64,000 nucleotides of DNA from a candidate division WWE3 bacterium (lineage in GTDB: Bacteria > Patescibacteriota > WWE3 > UBA101185 > UBA10185): positions 853,251 through 917,250 of the forward strand of contig JBPOHV010000001.1 in the NCBI GenBank assembly GCA_052035175.1, read 5' to 3'. The position numbers and the translations under genes were made by a program. The notes beneath the pieces were generated by a model. It searched no databases. It was not told the DNA's origin and saw nothing but the letters and a program-made list of their open reading frames with translations. Positions within the stretch are counted from its first letter, which is position 1. Each line of letters begins with the position of its first letter. Positions 27,832-36,516 of the stretch are shown in pieces.

Positions 27832-28089
27832 TTACTTAGAACGATGCGAACAGCCTTCCCAACAACACGGTCGGCGCATTCCACCTTTTAGTTTCGAAAG
27901 CGCTTTTTCGATACGTATAACTCGTGTCTCAGGTTTTGCGCCAGAAGTAACCCAACAAATCCATTCATTGCGTGCTAAAGGTGTGATATCTTCCCATAAT
28001 AATTTGACAGCAGATATTGAAGTAAGAGCCTTTTCAAAATCTGCAGGTAATTGATGTACTGTGCCATCTGATAGACCTTTTTGTTTCAT
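27832..28089 (-). CDS. YdeI/OmpD-associated family protein
   Basis: LPADF, WEDITPLARNEWICWV, RRPCCWEGC. Confidence 0.85.
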   Translation of the reverse strand: MKQKGLSDGTVHQLPADFEKALTSISAVKLLWEDITPLARNEWICWVTSGAKPETRVIRIEKALSKLKGGMRRPCCWEGCSHRSK

Positions 28090-28144
28090 AAACATATTTT
28101 ACCAGTTTTACATATCATAAATGCTCGCTGATATAATTCAATAT

Positions 28145-28363
28145 ATGTGCCGCAGCATCAAACCATTATTTAAAAAAGAACAACCAGCTACTGATGCAGA
28201 AATATATGAGGCTGCATTACAATATGTCAGAAAAATAGCCAATACACGAAAGCCTTCAAAAATAAATCAAGCTACATTTGATAAAGCTGTAAACGAAATA
28301 GCCAAGATTTCGAGAACACTTTTGAAAGATTTGATAGCAAACAATAAAATCATGAAGCAGTAA
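28145..28363 (+). CDS. DUF2277 family protein
   Basis: MCRSIKPL, AALQYVRKI, KPSKINQ. Confidence 0.85.
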   Translation: MCRSIKPLFKKEQPATDAEIYEAALQYVRKIANTRKPSKINQATFDKAVNEIAKISRTLLKDLIANNKIMKQ

Positions 28364-28817
28364 TACTATTAAGTTTCTCTTCAATTGCTTTAATTTTTTC
28401 TGCTTTTCCTGATTTTTTATATACAAGCAATTCGGTTTGCAAATTTAAAGCGTTAACATTTATCGTTGGTATAACTACTGACCTATCTACACTTACCTCA
28501 CCAAAATAATAACTTTCACCATAAGTCATTGCATCAAAGAATTCAATTTCATAATCATCAATACGTATAAACAAATATGAAAATGGTAAAAAATCATCTC
28601 CGTTTTGATCTGAGCAATACTCTGTCACATTATTTTCAAAAACAGTTTTTAATGTTTGGACTGTTTCATAGTCTGTAGCTAAATCTATGTCTTTTTTTGG
28701 AGTAACATTTACACCTTGCAAATAAAGATTAACGCTACCAACCAAAAAGACTTTTTCTTTCAGTTCACTAGGAATTGAAGAGAATATTTTATTAATAGTT
28801 TCTTCTAAAGGTGTCAT
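28350..28817 (-). CDS. nucleotidyltransferase-fold protein
   Basis: LVGSVNLYLQG...KDIDL...IEFF. Confidence 0.65.
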   Translation of the reverse strand: MTPLEETINKIFSSIPSELKEKVFLVGSVNLYLQGVNVTPKKDIDLATDYETVQTLKTVFENNVTEYCSDQNGDDFLPFSYLFIRIDDYEIEFFDAMTYGESYYFGEVSVDRSVVIPTINVNALNLQTELLVYKKSGKAEKIKAIEEKLNSITAS

Positions 28818-28882
28818 ACAAGTACTTTACTACAAATTTATACGCTACGCATAACTACAACATGGTCTGTTAAAATACATAC

Positions 28883-29362
28883 ATACCGACTAAAGTATAT
28901 TACTCATCACGTATAAAAGTCTTTTTATCAAGTGCATTCACTATAATTATTACCTTACTTGTATTTGTTACATCTAGAGAACCAATTACATCAGAAAGCA
29001 TTAAGCTAGGATTAATATTTGGTACCTTATTAGCAAGCCCCATTTTATTCGTTGGATTAGGCCAAGCAATAATTATTACAGATACAGAACTTGTATACAG
29101 TCCAAATCTTCTAAGTCTATTTGTAGCGCACTACCGAAAACAAATGCTATTAAGCGAGGTTAGTGAAATTAGACTAGGGTTGCCTCGCAACCCAACTATA
29201 CGAACCTTCTCAGCACTAAACATCTCGAGCGCAAATGAAGAAATATCATTTAACACAGATTTATTTGATAAAAATGTAATACAGAAATTTTTGAAAGACT
29301 TGCAAACTAATCATGAAACTATCCATATTAACAGTGCTGCAACAAGTAAGTATAAATTATGA
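28883..29362 (+). CDS. membrane protein (2 TM + PH-like domain) with ATA in place of a start codon
   Basis: Open frame extends 87 codons upstream of ATG 29144 to ATA 28883, 6 nt after TG-t-TAAAAT. Confidence 0.55.
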   Translation: MPTKVYYSSRIKVFLSSAFTIIITLLVFVTSREPITSESIKLGLIFGTLLASPILFVGLGQAIIITDTELVYSPNLLSLFVAHYRKQMLLSEVSEIRLGLPRNPTIRTFSALNISSANEEISFNTDLFDKNVIQKFLKDLQTNHETIHINSAATSKYKL

Positions 29363-29443
29363 AATGCTGTTTAGTTCGAAGAACCAGTACAAGAAATAGC
29401 CAAAAGCTATAAACATTTAATAGAAGCTCCAACAGGATGTGCC

Positions 29444-29478
29444 CTATAGTTTACATTGCTGCTAAATAACCTTATAAT
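29444..29478 (+). promoter_or_regulatory. CTATAG-abutted sigma70 promoter
   Basis: CTATAG-TTTACA-17 nt-TATAAT. Confidence 0.7.
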
Positions 29479-29513
29479 GGCGGCATCCATTAAAGCCCAC
29501 CCAGGAGTAAAAA

Positions 29514-29771
29514 ATGATACAGATTAAAGTTACGATTCTCCAGATGCTGTATCTGGAGAATTTTTCCAGCTGTATGGCTGGAAGACACGGCGAAGAGCTA
29601 AAAGCTATCGCCGAAAAAATTGTCGCCCTAAAAAAGAGCGGCAAAAAAGTGGTCTATTACAACCCAGCTGCAGTCTGGTTTGGAATTATTGGCCCAATAG
29701 TCTTAGCACTTCTCCTTATATACTTTAAGGTGATTGTGCCCTATCTCAACCCTGGCATCTATTTTCCTTAA
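29514..29771 (+). CDS. orphan small membrane protein (cassette-type unit)
   Basis: AGGAG RBS 29503; C-terminal TM; 13-bp hairpin 29751-29782 spans the stop codon. Confidence 0.65.
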   Translation: MIQIKVTILQMLYLENFSSCMAGRHGEELKAIAEKIVALKKSGKKVVYYNPAAVWFGIIGPIVLALLLIYFKVIVPYLNPGIYFP

Positions 29772-29862
29772 TAGGTGCCAGGCCTATCTTTACTCTCATA
29801 AAAAACAACAAAATCACTAGCAAACCCTTCAATCAGGCCCAGATCAGCTATTCTAGCTCTCA

Positions 29863-29898
29863 CTATAGGTTGACCGAAACGACTTTTCGCGGTACAAT
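29863..29898 (+). promoter_or_regulatory. CTATAG-abutted sigma70 promoter
   Basis: CTATAG-G-TTGACC-17 nt-TACAAT. Confidence 0.75.
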
Positions 29899-29938
29899 TA
29901 CCCAGTCAATAAACCCAACAAGAAAAAGGAGAAACCCC

Positions 29939-30028
29939 ATGGCAAGAATCACTGATGCAATGATCACAAAGCTGGTCAAAAGCGGGGAGCTAGTACTCCC
30001 ACTGCCAAAACCAGCCCCTACCAAATAA
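29939..30028 (+). CDS. 29-aa microprotein MARITDAMITKLVKSGELVLPLPKPAPTK (not in ORF track)
   Basis: Own promoter, AAGGAGAAACCCC RBS, two downstream hairpins. Confidence 0.65.
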   Translation: MARITDAMITKLVKSGELVLPLPKPAPTK

Positions 30029-30030
30029 CA

Positions 30031-30103
30031 GCGTCTCTATTGAGACGCACAAACATTGGGGATTCCCGGCATTTGTCCTCAAAGATAACAGCCTGGAATC
30101 CCC
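30031..30103 (+). terminator. tandem 3' hairpins
   Basis: GCGTCTC/GAGACGC (30031-30048) and GGGGATTCC/GGAATCCCC (30058-30103). Confidence 0.6.
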
Positions 30104-30159
30104 TTAATCATTTCTACACATAATTAAGCTTTAACTCTCTATTTTGTTATAATATAAAA

Positions 30160-31128
30160 ATGCAAAAGATGAAAAATAAATCTTCTTTTCTCGCTGACAA
30201 GTCAGCTTCGAAAATAATCCCACATTTATGGTTTGATAAAGAAGCCAAAGAAGCAGCAGAGTTTTATACAACTGTGTTTGCAAATTCAAAAATTAATAAC
30301 GTAAATACAATTCACGACACACCATCTGGAGATTGCGATATTGTTAGCTTTGAAATAAGAGGAAAAGAATTTATGTCTATTAGCGCAGGACCACTTTTCA
30401 AATTTAATCCTTCTATTTCATTTATGATCAATTTTGATCCATCTCAAGAAGAAAACGCACGAGAAAATTTGGATGATGCATGGGAAAAACTTGTACAAGG
30501 GGGCAAAGTGCTAATGCCTTTGGATAAATATCCATTTAGCGAAAGATATGGTTGGGTACAAGATAAATTTGGACTTTCTTGGCAACTTATTTTGCAAAAA
30601 CCTCCTATTTTGACAAATCCAAATGGAGAAGAGCGACCACAAATAGTTCCATCATTTTTATTTGTAAAGGAATCTTATGGAAAAGCTGAGGAAGCAATTA
30701 ATTTTTATCTATCAATCTTCAAGCAATCAAACATTGGAAATCTTATAAAATACCAAGCAGGACAAGAACCAAATAAAGAAGGCACAGTAATGTTTGCAGA
30801 TTTTAAACTGCTAGATACATGGCTGGTAGCTATGGATGGCGCCGGCGAACATGATTTCGTTTTCAATGAAGCTATTTCATTTATAGTTAATTGCGATAAT
30901 CAAGAAGAAATTGATTATTATTGGGAAAAGCTTTCTTATGTCCCTGAATCTGAACAATGTGGATGGCTCAAAGATAAGTTTGGTGTATCATGGCAAATTG
31001 TTCCTGCGAATATGCAAGAACTGATGAATGCTGGTGATCCAGAAAAAACCGCGCGCGTAACACAAGCATTTTTACAAATGAAAAAGTTTGATATCGCTGC
31101 ACTCGAAAAAGCAGCAGAAAACAATTGA
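30160..31128 (+). CDS. tandem VOC/PhnB-type protein
   Basis: Two repeats: PHLWFDKEAKEAAEFY, YGWVQDKFGLSWQ, QCGWLKDKFGVSWQ. Confidence 0.9.
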   Translation: MQKMKNKSSFLADKSASKIIPHLWFDKEAKEAAEFYTTVFANSKINNVNTIHDTPSGDCDIVSFEIRGKEFMSISAGPLFKFNPSISFMINFDPSQEENARENLDDAWEKLVQGGKVLMPLDKYPFSERYGWVQDKFGLSWQLILQKPPILTNPNGEERPQIVPSFLFVKESYGKAEEAINFYLSIFKQSNIGNLIKYQAGQEPNKEGTVMFADFKLLDTWLVAMDGAGEHDFVFNEAISFIVNCDNQEEIDYYWEKLSYVPESEQCGWLKDKFGVSWQIVPANMQELMNAGDPEKTARVTQAFLQMKKFDIAALEKAAENN

Positions 31129-31134
31129 CCACGC

Positions 31135-31761
31135 ATGAAGCTTTTCCTATGTTCACTAGGAATAAATAATAGAAACGCACTACAAACACTTTTCGAGAAG
31201 CCACTAACCGAAGTTAAGGTAGGTGTTATCAAAAATCCCATGGATCTCAAAGATGAAGAAAAAAGAACTTTTCTTTATGGTTTAGTAGATAAAGGCTTCT
31301 CAGATTTTGGCCTGAATAAAACTGATATAGACTTGCGAAAATTTGAAGGTAAAGCCGACGAGCTGCAACAAATTATTGATAAACTAGATATGCTTTGGAT
31401 CACTGGTGGAAATGTATTTTACGTAAGGTGGTTAATACACAAAATTAACTTTGAACAAATCTTAAAACAAGCAATAGAAAAAGGCTTAGTATATGGTGGC
31501 GATAGTGCAGGAGCAGTCATACTTGGACCTACTTTAAAATATTCTGACGCTATAGATGATGTATCTCAAGTTGAAAAGGTGATTTATGACGGACTTAACA
31601 TAATTGATTTTGTAGCTCTACCACATTGGGATAATGAAAAGTTTAAAGATAAGCTTACAGAAGTACACGACCACCTAGTAAACGACAGTATCAAAGTTAT
31701 AACTTTTGGCGACAAGCAAAGTATTGTAATAAATGGAAATCAAATGCACATTGTAGGATAA
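31135..31761 (+). CDS. peptidase S51 (dipeptidase E-like)
   Basis: WITGGN, YGGDSAGA nucleophile elbow, LPHW. Confidence 0.85.
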   Translation: MKLFLCSLGINNRNALQTLFEKPLTEVKVGVIKNPMDLKDEEKRTFLYGLVDKGFSDFGLNKTDIDLRKFEGKADELQQIIDKLDMLWITGGNVFYVRWLIHKINFEQILKQAIEKGLVYGGDSAGAVILGPTLKYSDAIDDVSQVEKVIYDGLNIIDFVALPHWDNEKFKDKLTEVHDHLVNDSIKVITFGDKQSIVINGNQMHIVG

Positions 31762-31768
31762 TATAACT

Positions 31769-32281
31769 ATGCAATATACATATTCAACCGAAGTCGGACT
31801 TCTAGCAATTTGGGATTCGACTAGTTTTTTCAACATCGACACAATCGACAAATACAGAGCAATATTCACTAGTGATAAAGAAATGCTCGCGCTAATGAAT
31901 GCAGGCAAAGCTATTATCTGGAGCACAGGTGGCGATGGTGATTTTTTTATAGATATCAGAATTAATCCTGACCAAGAGCTTACGGAGGAAGAAAATGAAC
32001 TTGTTGAAATGAAAGCTTTGAATTTGAAATTGACTGTTACCAACTCAACAATATTTATAGGAACACCAGAAGCAGCGGGTGTCGAACCTCGCGGTCTCGA
32101 AGAAAAACTGCTAACAAAAATCGACGATCTTACAAACGGCAATTATTTGGTAAATATATATTTTCTTTATGAAGATACAGAAGATGTACAAAGTGATAGA
32201 ACTGGCTTGGTAGTTACAATGAAAAAAGTCGAAGATGATTATAATTTTCCGCTTGTAACAGATTTACCGGAATTGGGTTAA
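31769..32281 (+). CDS. hypothetical acidic protein
   Basis: 170-aa ORF, STGGDGDF motif. Confidence 0.55.
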   Translation: MQYTYSTEVGLLAIWDSTSFFNIDTIDKYRAIFTSDKEMLALMNAGKAIIWSTGGDGDFFIDIRINPDQELTEEENELVEMKALNLKLTVTNSTIFIGTPEAAGVEPRGLEEKLLTKIDDLTNGNYLVNIYFLYEDTEDVQSDRTGLVVTMKKVEDDYNFPLVTDLPELG

Positions 32282-33684
32282 TAAGAATACTTTGAGTTAT
32301 TTACCTTCAACCCAGAACAAGTATTACCATTTATAGACAAATCCTCTCCATCACAAATTGTTGGAGATTCTTGCATAGTCTTTCTATTGAAAGCTAATAC
32401 GTCATGATCATGGTAATAAACAATCCAATTATTATCACTACTCAAGAAAAAGTAGACATCATCTTCCAAAATAGAACTCGGTGAATTATCACCTGCACTA
32501 GCATTAGCCTTAGAAATTAAAACTTTTATTGCAGGATCTGTTAAAGATACCTCTGCTATTTCATAGCTAGTTGAGCCTAAAACGGTATTATTTCGTCTGA
32601 AAACAATTTTGTTATTAGAGTCTAACTGAGCGTCAGAAACAATCGGGAAGTCTGTAGAGTTGAGTGCAATAATATTCTTTCTAACATTTGTTTCTGGATC
32701 GAGTAAAAATAATTGCGTATCACCTTTTGGTGTCAACTCATCTAGTATAAATTCAAGTATTTCATCTTCTGACATACCTTGCTTTCTTTTTTCATCGAGT
32801 AAGTCTTCCATCTTTAGCATATTTTCATCTTCAGGGTTATACATAAAATTTGAAAGATCATAAGGTGAAGCTTGTGCGTCTAACATTACAAGTTGACCAT
32901 TCACTGCGCCAAGAATTTTTCCTAGAGTTGTTATCGTATAACTCTTGCCAGATATATTTACACTTTTATCATAAATTGCATTTATACCTGGTAATTTAGT
33001 TCCAAATAACAATTCTTTTGGCAATTGGCGAGTTTCATCAACCCCATTAATATTTATAACCTGGGAATTCAACAAATCTCCGTCGCCAATATCGTTGTAA
33101 TACACATAATCAGTGTTATTAAGCCACTTACTATTGAACATCATGCTCGAATAATTCAGTTTATAATCTTGTGCTGCTTCGCCTTCCAAATGTATAAGAG
33201 CTTTGAGTTCATTTAAACTTGGATTATATAAATAAAGTGTTTGCGTGCGCGAATCATCCATAGTGCTTTTTAAAATTGGTAAATAATTTGAATCTGGTGA
33301 CCAAGGGCCAAGCGTATATATTACATTTTCTTCGCTTAGTTCTTTTGGCAACGTCAAAAAGCTTTTGGCATCTGGGTTATAAATTCTAACACTAGATTTC
33401 TTCAAACCATCTTTTGACTCAACAAATGATATATAGTTAGAACTTTTTAAATATGTTTCAAAAGCACTTTCGGAGGTTGGTTCACTTCCTGGTGAGTATT
33501 TTAGATCGATTGTCTTTGGTCGTTTTATATAAAAGAAAAGAACTGCACTTACTAGCCCCAAAGCAAACAAAATTCCAAAGACATACACAGCAATACGGCG
33601 GTTTGGTTTAGCAGGAATTGGCAAAGGTATATCTGTTGGCGGTACTGGTGCTTCTGGTAGTGGTGCAATTAAATCTTCGGGCAT
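32278..33684 (-). CDS. membrane-anchored exported protein, possible beta-propeller
   Basis: Pro-rich N-terminus, single TM, WSPD motif; start 6 nt after TATCAT. Confidence 0.6.
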   Translation of the reverse strand: MPEDLIAPLPEAPVPPTDIPLPIPAKPNRRIAVYVFGILFALGLVSAVLFFYIKRPKTIDLKYSPGSEPTSESAFETYLKSSNYISFVESKDGLKKSSVRIYNPDAKSFLTLPKELSEENVIYTLGPWSPDSNYLPILKSTMDDSRTQTLYLYNPSLNELKALIHLEGEAAQDYKLNYSSMMFNSKWLNNTDYVYYNDIGDGDLLNSQVININGVDETRQLPKELLFGTKLPGINAIYDKSVNISGKSYTITTLGKILGAVNGQLVMLDAQASPYDLSNFMYNPEDENMLKMEDLLDEKRKQGMSEDEILEFILDELTPKGDTQLFLLDPETNVRKNIIALNSTDFPIVSDAQLDSNNKIVFRRNNTVLGSTSYEIAEVSLTDPAIKVLISKANASAGDNSPSSILEDDVYFFLSSDNNWIVYYHDHDVLAFNRKTMQESPTICDGEDLSINGNTCSGLKVNNSKYSY

Positions 33685-33706
33685 AAAAATATGATACCAC
33701 CTCATA

Positions 33707-33742
33707 CTATAAGTTGCTCACAAGCCTTTCTCCCTGTACAAT
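33707..33742 (+). promoter_or_regulatory. CTATAA-abutted sigma70 promoter
   Basis: CTATAA-G-TTGCTC-17 nt-TACAAT. Confidence 0.65.
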
Positions 33743-33808
33743 GCAAAACTAACAATCAAACGTCGTCAAAGCTGCAAGCTTAGGCGACTAAACAACAGGA
33801 GTCGAAAA

Positions 33809-34366
33809 ATGCCTACAGACTTAGCGCTAACAATGTTAGCACCGCACATGAGACCTGATGAGCAAATCATCATGATTGCAACCATGCACCATATACACGG
33901 TAGTTACCTAGATGAAATGGTAGCTATTGATGGAACTGAGCCAGATCAGCGTACTGCAGATGCATGGATCAACATCTTGCATGATTCAGCCGACTGGGAA
34001 TCAGTCAGAAGCATTGGCCTTGCCTACAGCGAAACGGGCATTATCGAAAATAAAGCCACTATCGTTGGGGTTCCACGCGTCATCACGGTCACAATGAGTC
34101 ATGGCGCGGTCGAATTCGTCGAGGAAAAACACAAACGCGCCATTGCCGGTGCTGGACAATGGGTCCAGATTTTTGGAAAGCTACAGTCTCAAGAAGAAAT
34201 TGTAGTCCCAGAAATCTTTTTCTGCATCCCGAAAGGGGTTGCAGAAGCCAAGCTCTACCAAGGATACCCCAACACATGTTGGGGGCTTATCAGCTGGTCA
34301 GCCGATCGTGGCTGGTATAGCGACAAATACCCGCCGGGAAATCAATTCCGGCCAACGAAAACATGA
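33809..34366 (+). CDS. orphan hypothetical protein (cassette-type unit)
   Basis: AGGAG RBS 33797; visibly GC-richer than flanks; 5' UTR and 3' hairpins. Confidence 0.7.
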   Translation: MPTDLALTMLAPHMRPDEQIIMIATMHHIHGSYLDEMVAIDGTEPDQRTADAWINILHDSADWESVRSIGLAYSETGIIENKATIVGVPRVITVTMSHGAVEFVEEKHKRAIAGAGQWVQIFGKLQSQEEIVVPEIFFCIPKGVAEAKLYQGYPNTCWGLISWSADRGWYSDKYPPGNQFRPTKT

Positions 34367-34415
34367 CCTGCCCAAAAGGGGCGCCTGGTGCGAAAGCACC
34401 TGGCGCCTAGGTCAT
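34363..34415 (+). terminator. bulged 3' hairpin, conserved motif copy 2
   Basis: ATGACCT[GCCCAAAAG]GGGCGCCtGGTGC-GAAA-GCACCtGGCGCCT-AGGTCAT then TTT. Confidence 0.75.
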
Positions 34416-34891
34416 TTTAAACTTTTCTCAAATATCAAAGTCCTAGTTCCGACTTTTTCTTTTAACTCAAACCCTACACTCTTATATAAATTTATTGCAG
34501 CAGTTTGTGATTCTTTTACCCACAACTTTACGACTTTGATTTCTTTATTATTTTTTATTTCATCTAACAAAAAATCCAACAGCAATCTACCTATACCCAC
34601 ACCTCTAAAATCTTTCTTTACAAACGCACCATGCAATGTTGCAACATCAGTTGGTTCATCTTTTTCACCAATCGTTATATTCATCAAGCCAACTATGCTA
34701 TCTTCACTTTTTGCAAACGCATAAATATCTTGTGGGTTTTCTAGTTTTTGCTTCCAATAAATATCTGGGTATTTCATACACTCTTCGAATGTAGAGTTGA
34801 ACGCTTGTGGTTCTTCTTTCAAACATTCTAACCTAATATCTTTATATTGCTGCCAATCGTTAGGTGTTAACTTAATTATAGAAATATTCAC
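34412..34891 (-). CDS. GNAT N-acetyltransferase
   Basis: FVKKDFRGVGIGRLLL, AAINLYKSVGF. Confidence 0.9.
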   Translation of the reverse strand: MNISIIKLTPNDWQQYKDIRLECLKEEPQAFNSTFEECMKYPDIYWKQKLENPQDIYAFAKSEDSIVGLMNITIGEKDEPTDVATLHGAFVKKDFRGVGIGRLLLDFLLDEIKNNKEIKVVKLWVKESQTAAINLYKSVGFELKEKVGTRTLIFEKSLK

Positions 34892-34936
34892 AAGTTCATT
34901 ATAAAGCTCTTTAAGAATTGGTGCTAAAATACATAT

Positions 34937-35143
34937 ATGAATTGTTCAAAATGTAATACTCAAATGGAAGAAGGACAATTTGACAGAACACTCTGGATTA
35001 AAAAGCCAATTACAGCTTTACAAAGATTTATGATTGGTAAAGTAGTAGGTGCCGAATCACATTACACAGTAGCGTACAGATGTCCAAATTGTAAAAGGAT
35101 AGAACTGTACACAGAAGACATAAAACAATCTATCCAGAAATAA
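34937..35143 (+). CDS. small zinc-ribbon protein
   Basis: MNCSKCNTQMEEG...AYRCPNCKRIELY. Confidence 0.75.
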   Translation: MNCSKCNTQMEEGQFDRTLWIKKPITALQRFMIGKVVGAESHYTVAYRCPNCKRIELYTEDIKQSIQK

Positions 35144-35178
35144 TTCTTCCAAAACATTCACTGTGCTAACATTAAAGC

Positions 35179-36087
35179 ATGAAATATATACGTTTATTTC
35201 TGTGGTTAATCTTAGCTTGCTTCATCGGCTTGCTTGCATTGACAGCACCTGTGGCTAAGAAACTTGCGACTTGTCTTACAAGTTCAAACTCAGCGCTAAT
35301 GAGCACTATAAACCAATCCAAAGAACAAAAATGGAGTAAAGAACTAATTTGCAAAAACGGCAAACCGGCTTTGGACAATCTGCAAGCATGTTATACGCAT
35401 GTGGAACAAGAAAGTATACTTCCTGTCAAAATTATAATTGAGTTTGCAAAGGTACTACGCCCCAATACTAGCGGCGGAGATATAAATAGTTTTATAAACT
35501 TGCACAACGAAGCGTGCAAAGAATATCCAGAAACACAGATACCTACGCAACTTGCAACCGAAACAAAAAGTGAATCGTCTGAATGGAAGGTCTTTAACGG
35601 AAGTGATTTTGATCTGACTTTAAAGTATCCGAATGATTGGGAAGTAGCTACTGGATATGCACAAAATGGAACGTTTGATTTTGAATGCCAATACATAGAA
35701 TCTTTTTTGAAAAACTCAACAGATTGTACAGGAACACACAAATCACCAATGTTGCTTGTTAGGCCTCTCGATGGATACAAGAATTCATATATTTCTGAAG
35801 GTCTAATACTTTGGGGGCCAACATCTGGTCTTGGTGGTGGATGCCCAGAATGCACATTAGAAAATAAAGTTGTAAAAATAAATAACAAAGACTACACGAT
35901 ACCAGTGAAAATAGCACCAAAAGATAGCCAAAGAAGTATGTATAGTACTTTTCCAGATGGAGGAATTTTTGTTGATGAAACTGGAACAAAAAGCATATGG
36001 TCAAAATTTGATTTAGAACTAGACACAAACAATCTTGATACATACAACACAATTATCAAAATAGTTGAATCTATAAGACCAAATTGA
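35179..36087 (+). CDS. exported Cys-containing hypothetical protein
   Basis: Signal/TM, multiple Cys, LKYPNDW (PsbP-like) segment. Confidence 0.6.
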   Translation: MKYIRLFLWLILACFIGLLALTAPVAKKLATCLTSSNSALMSTINQSKEQKWSKELICKNGKPALDNLQACYTHVEQESILPVKIIIEFAKVLRPNTSGGDINSFINLHNEACKEYPETQIPTQLATETKSESSEWKVFNGSDFDLTLKYPNDWEVATGYAQNGTFDFECQYIESFLKNSTDCTGTHKSPMLLVRPLDGYKNSYISEGLILWGPTSGLGGGCPECTLENKVVKINNKDYTIPVKIAPKDSQRSMYSTFPDGGIFVDETGTKSIWSKFDLELDTNNLDTYNTIIKIVESIRPN

Positions 36088-36107
36088 GAATAAAATAATT
36101 TTAATAT

Positions 36108-36503
36108 ATGGCTACCTACTTTAAACTAGATAAAAATGGAAACGTTCCTGACTTTAGTTTCAAAAATACTGAGTATTGGTTTGATCATGACATAAGACAT
36201 ATAAAAGATTCATTTAGATGGTGCATCAAAGCATCTATATTTATTTTTATAGCGAGTTCTGCCTTGATGATTATTTATGGAAATAACACAGGGTGGAATA
36301 TTATTAATATGTTAAAGTTCAACCTTGGTACTTTCATAGCTTTCTTTCTAACATTATTATTTCTAAGGATACTTTTGTATAAGGGTTATAGCGTAATGGG
36401 AGGTCTTGGTCTTGGGTATGCTAGCCAGTTAGATCAAAAAGGGCCGTTTGTGCCCAAAAATTTCGACGACAAAAAATTTGAGAATTTAAAAAAATTAAAA
36501 TAA
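36108..36503 (+). CDS. small membrane protein
   Basis: Two TM helices. Confidence 0.55.
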   Translation: MATYFKLDKNGNVPDFSFKNTEYWFDHDIRHIKDSFRWCIKASIFIFIASSALMIIYGNNTGWNIINMLKFNLGTFIAFFLTLLFLRILLYKGYSVMGGLGLGYASQLDQKGPFVPKNFDDKKFENLKKLK

Positions 36504-36516
36504 TCTCATTGCAAAC

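Noticed and set aside
29375-29449. 24-codon open stretch FEEPVQEIAKSYKHLIEAPTGCAL* ending at the CTATAG
   Set aside because: No start codon and too short to distinguish a gene remnant from chance.
29859-29869. CTCACTATAGG matches the 3' part of the T7 promoter
   Set aside because: The upstream TAATACGA specificity region is absent, the other CTATAG copies do not extend the match, and a normal sigma70 -35/-10 follows. Not vector contamination or a T7-type promoter on present evidence.
34239-34724. 161-aa + strand ORF crossing the conserved hairpin
   Set aside because: Overlaps ORF 33809-34366 out of frame and the GNAT gene antisense; no RBS or recognisable motif.
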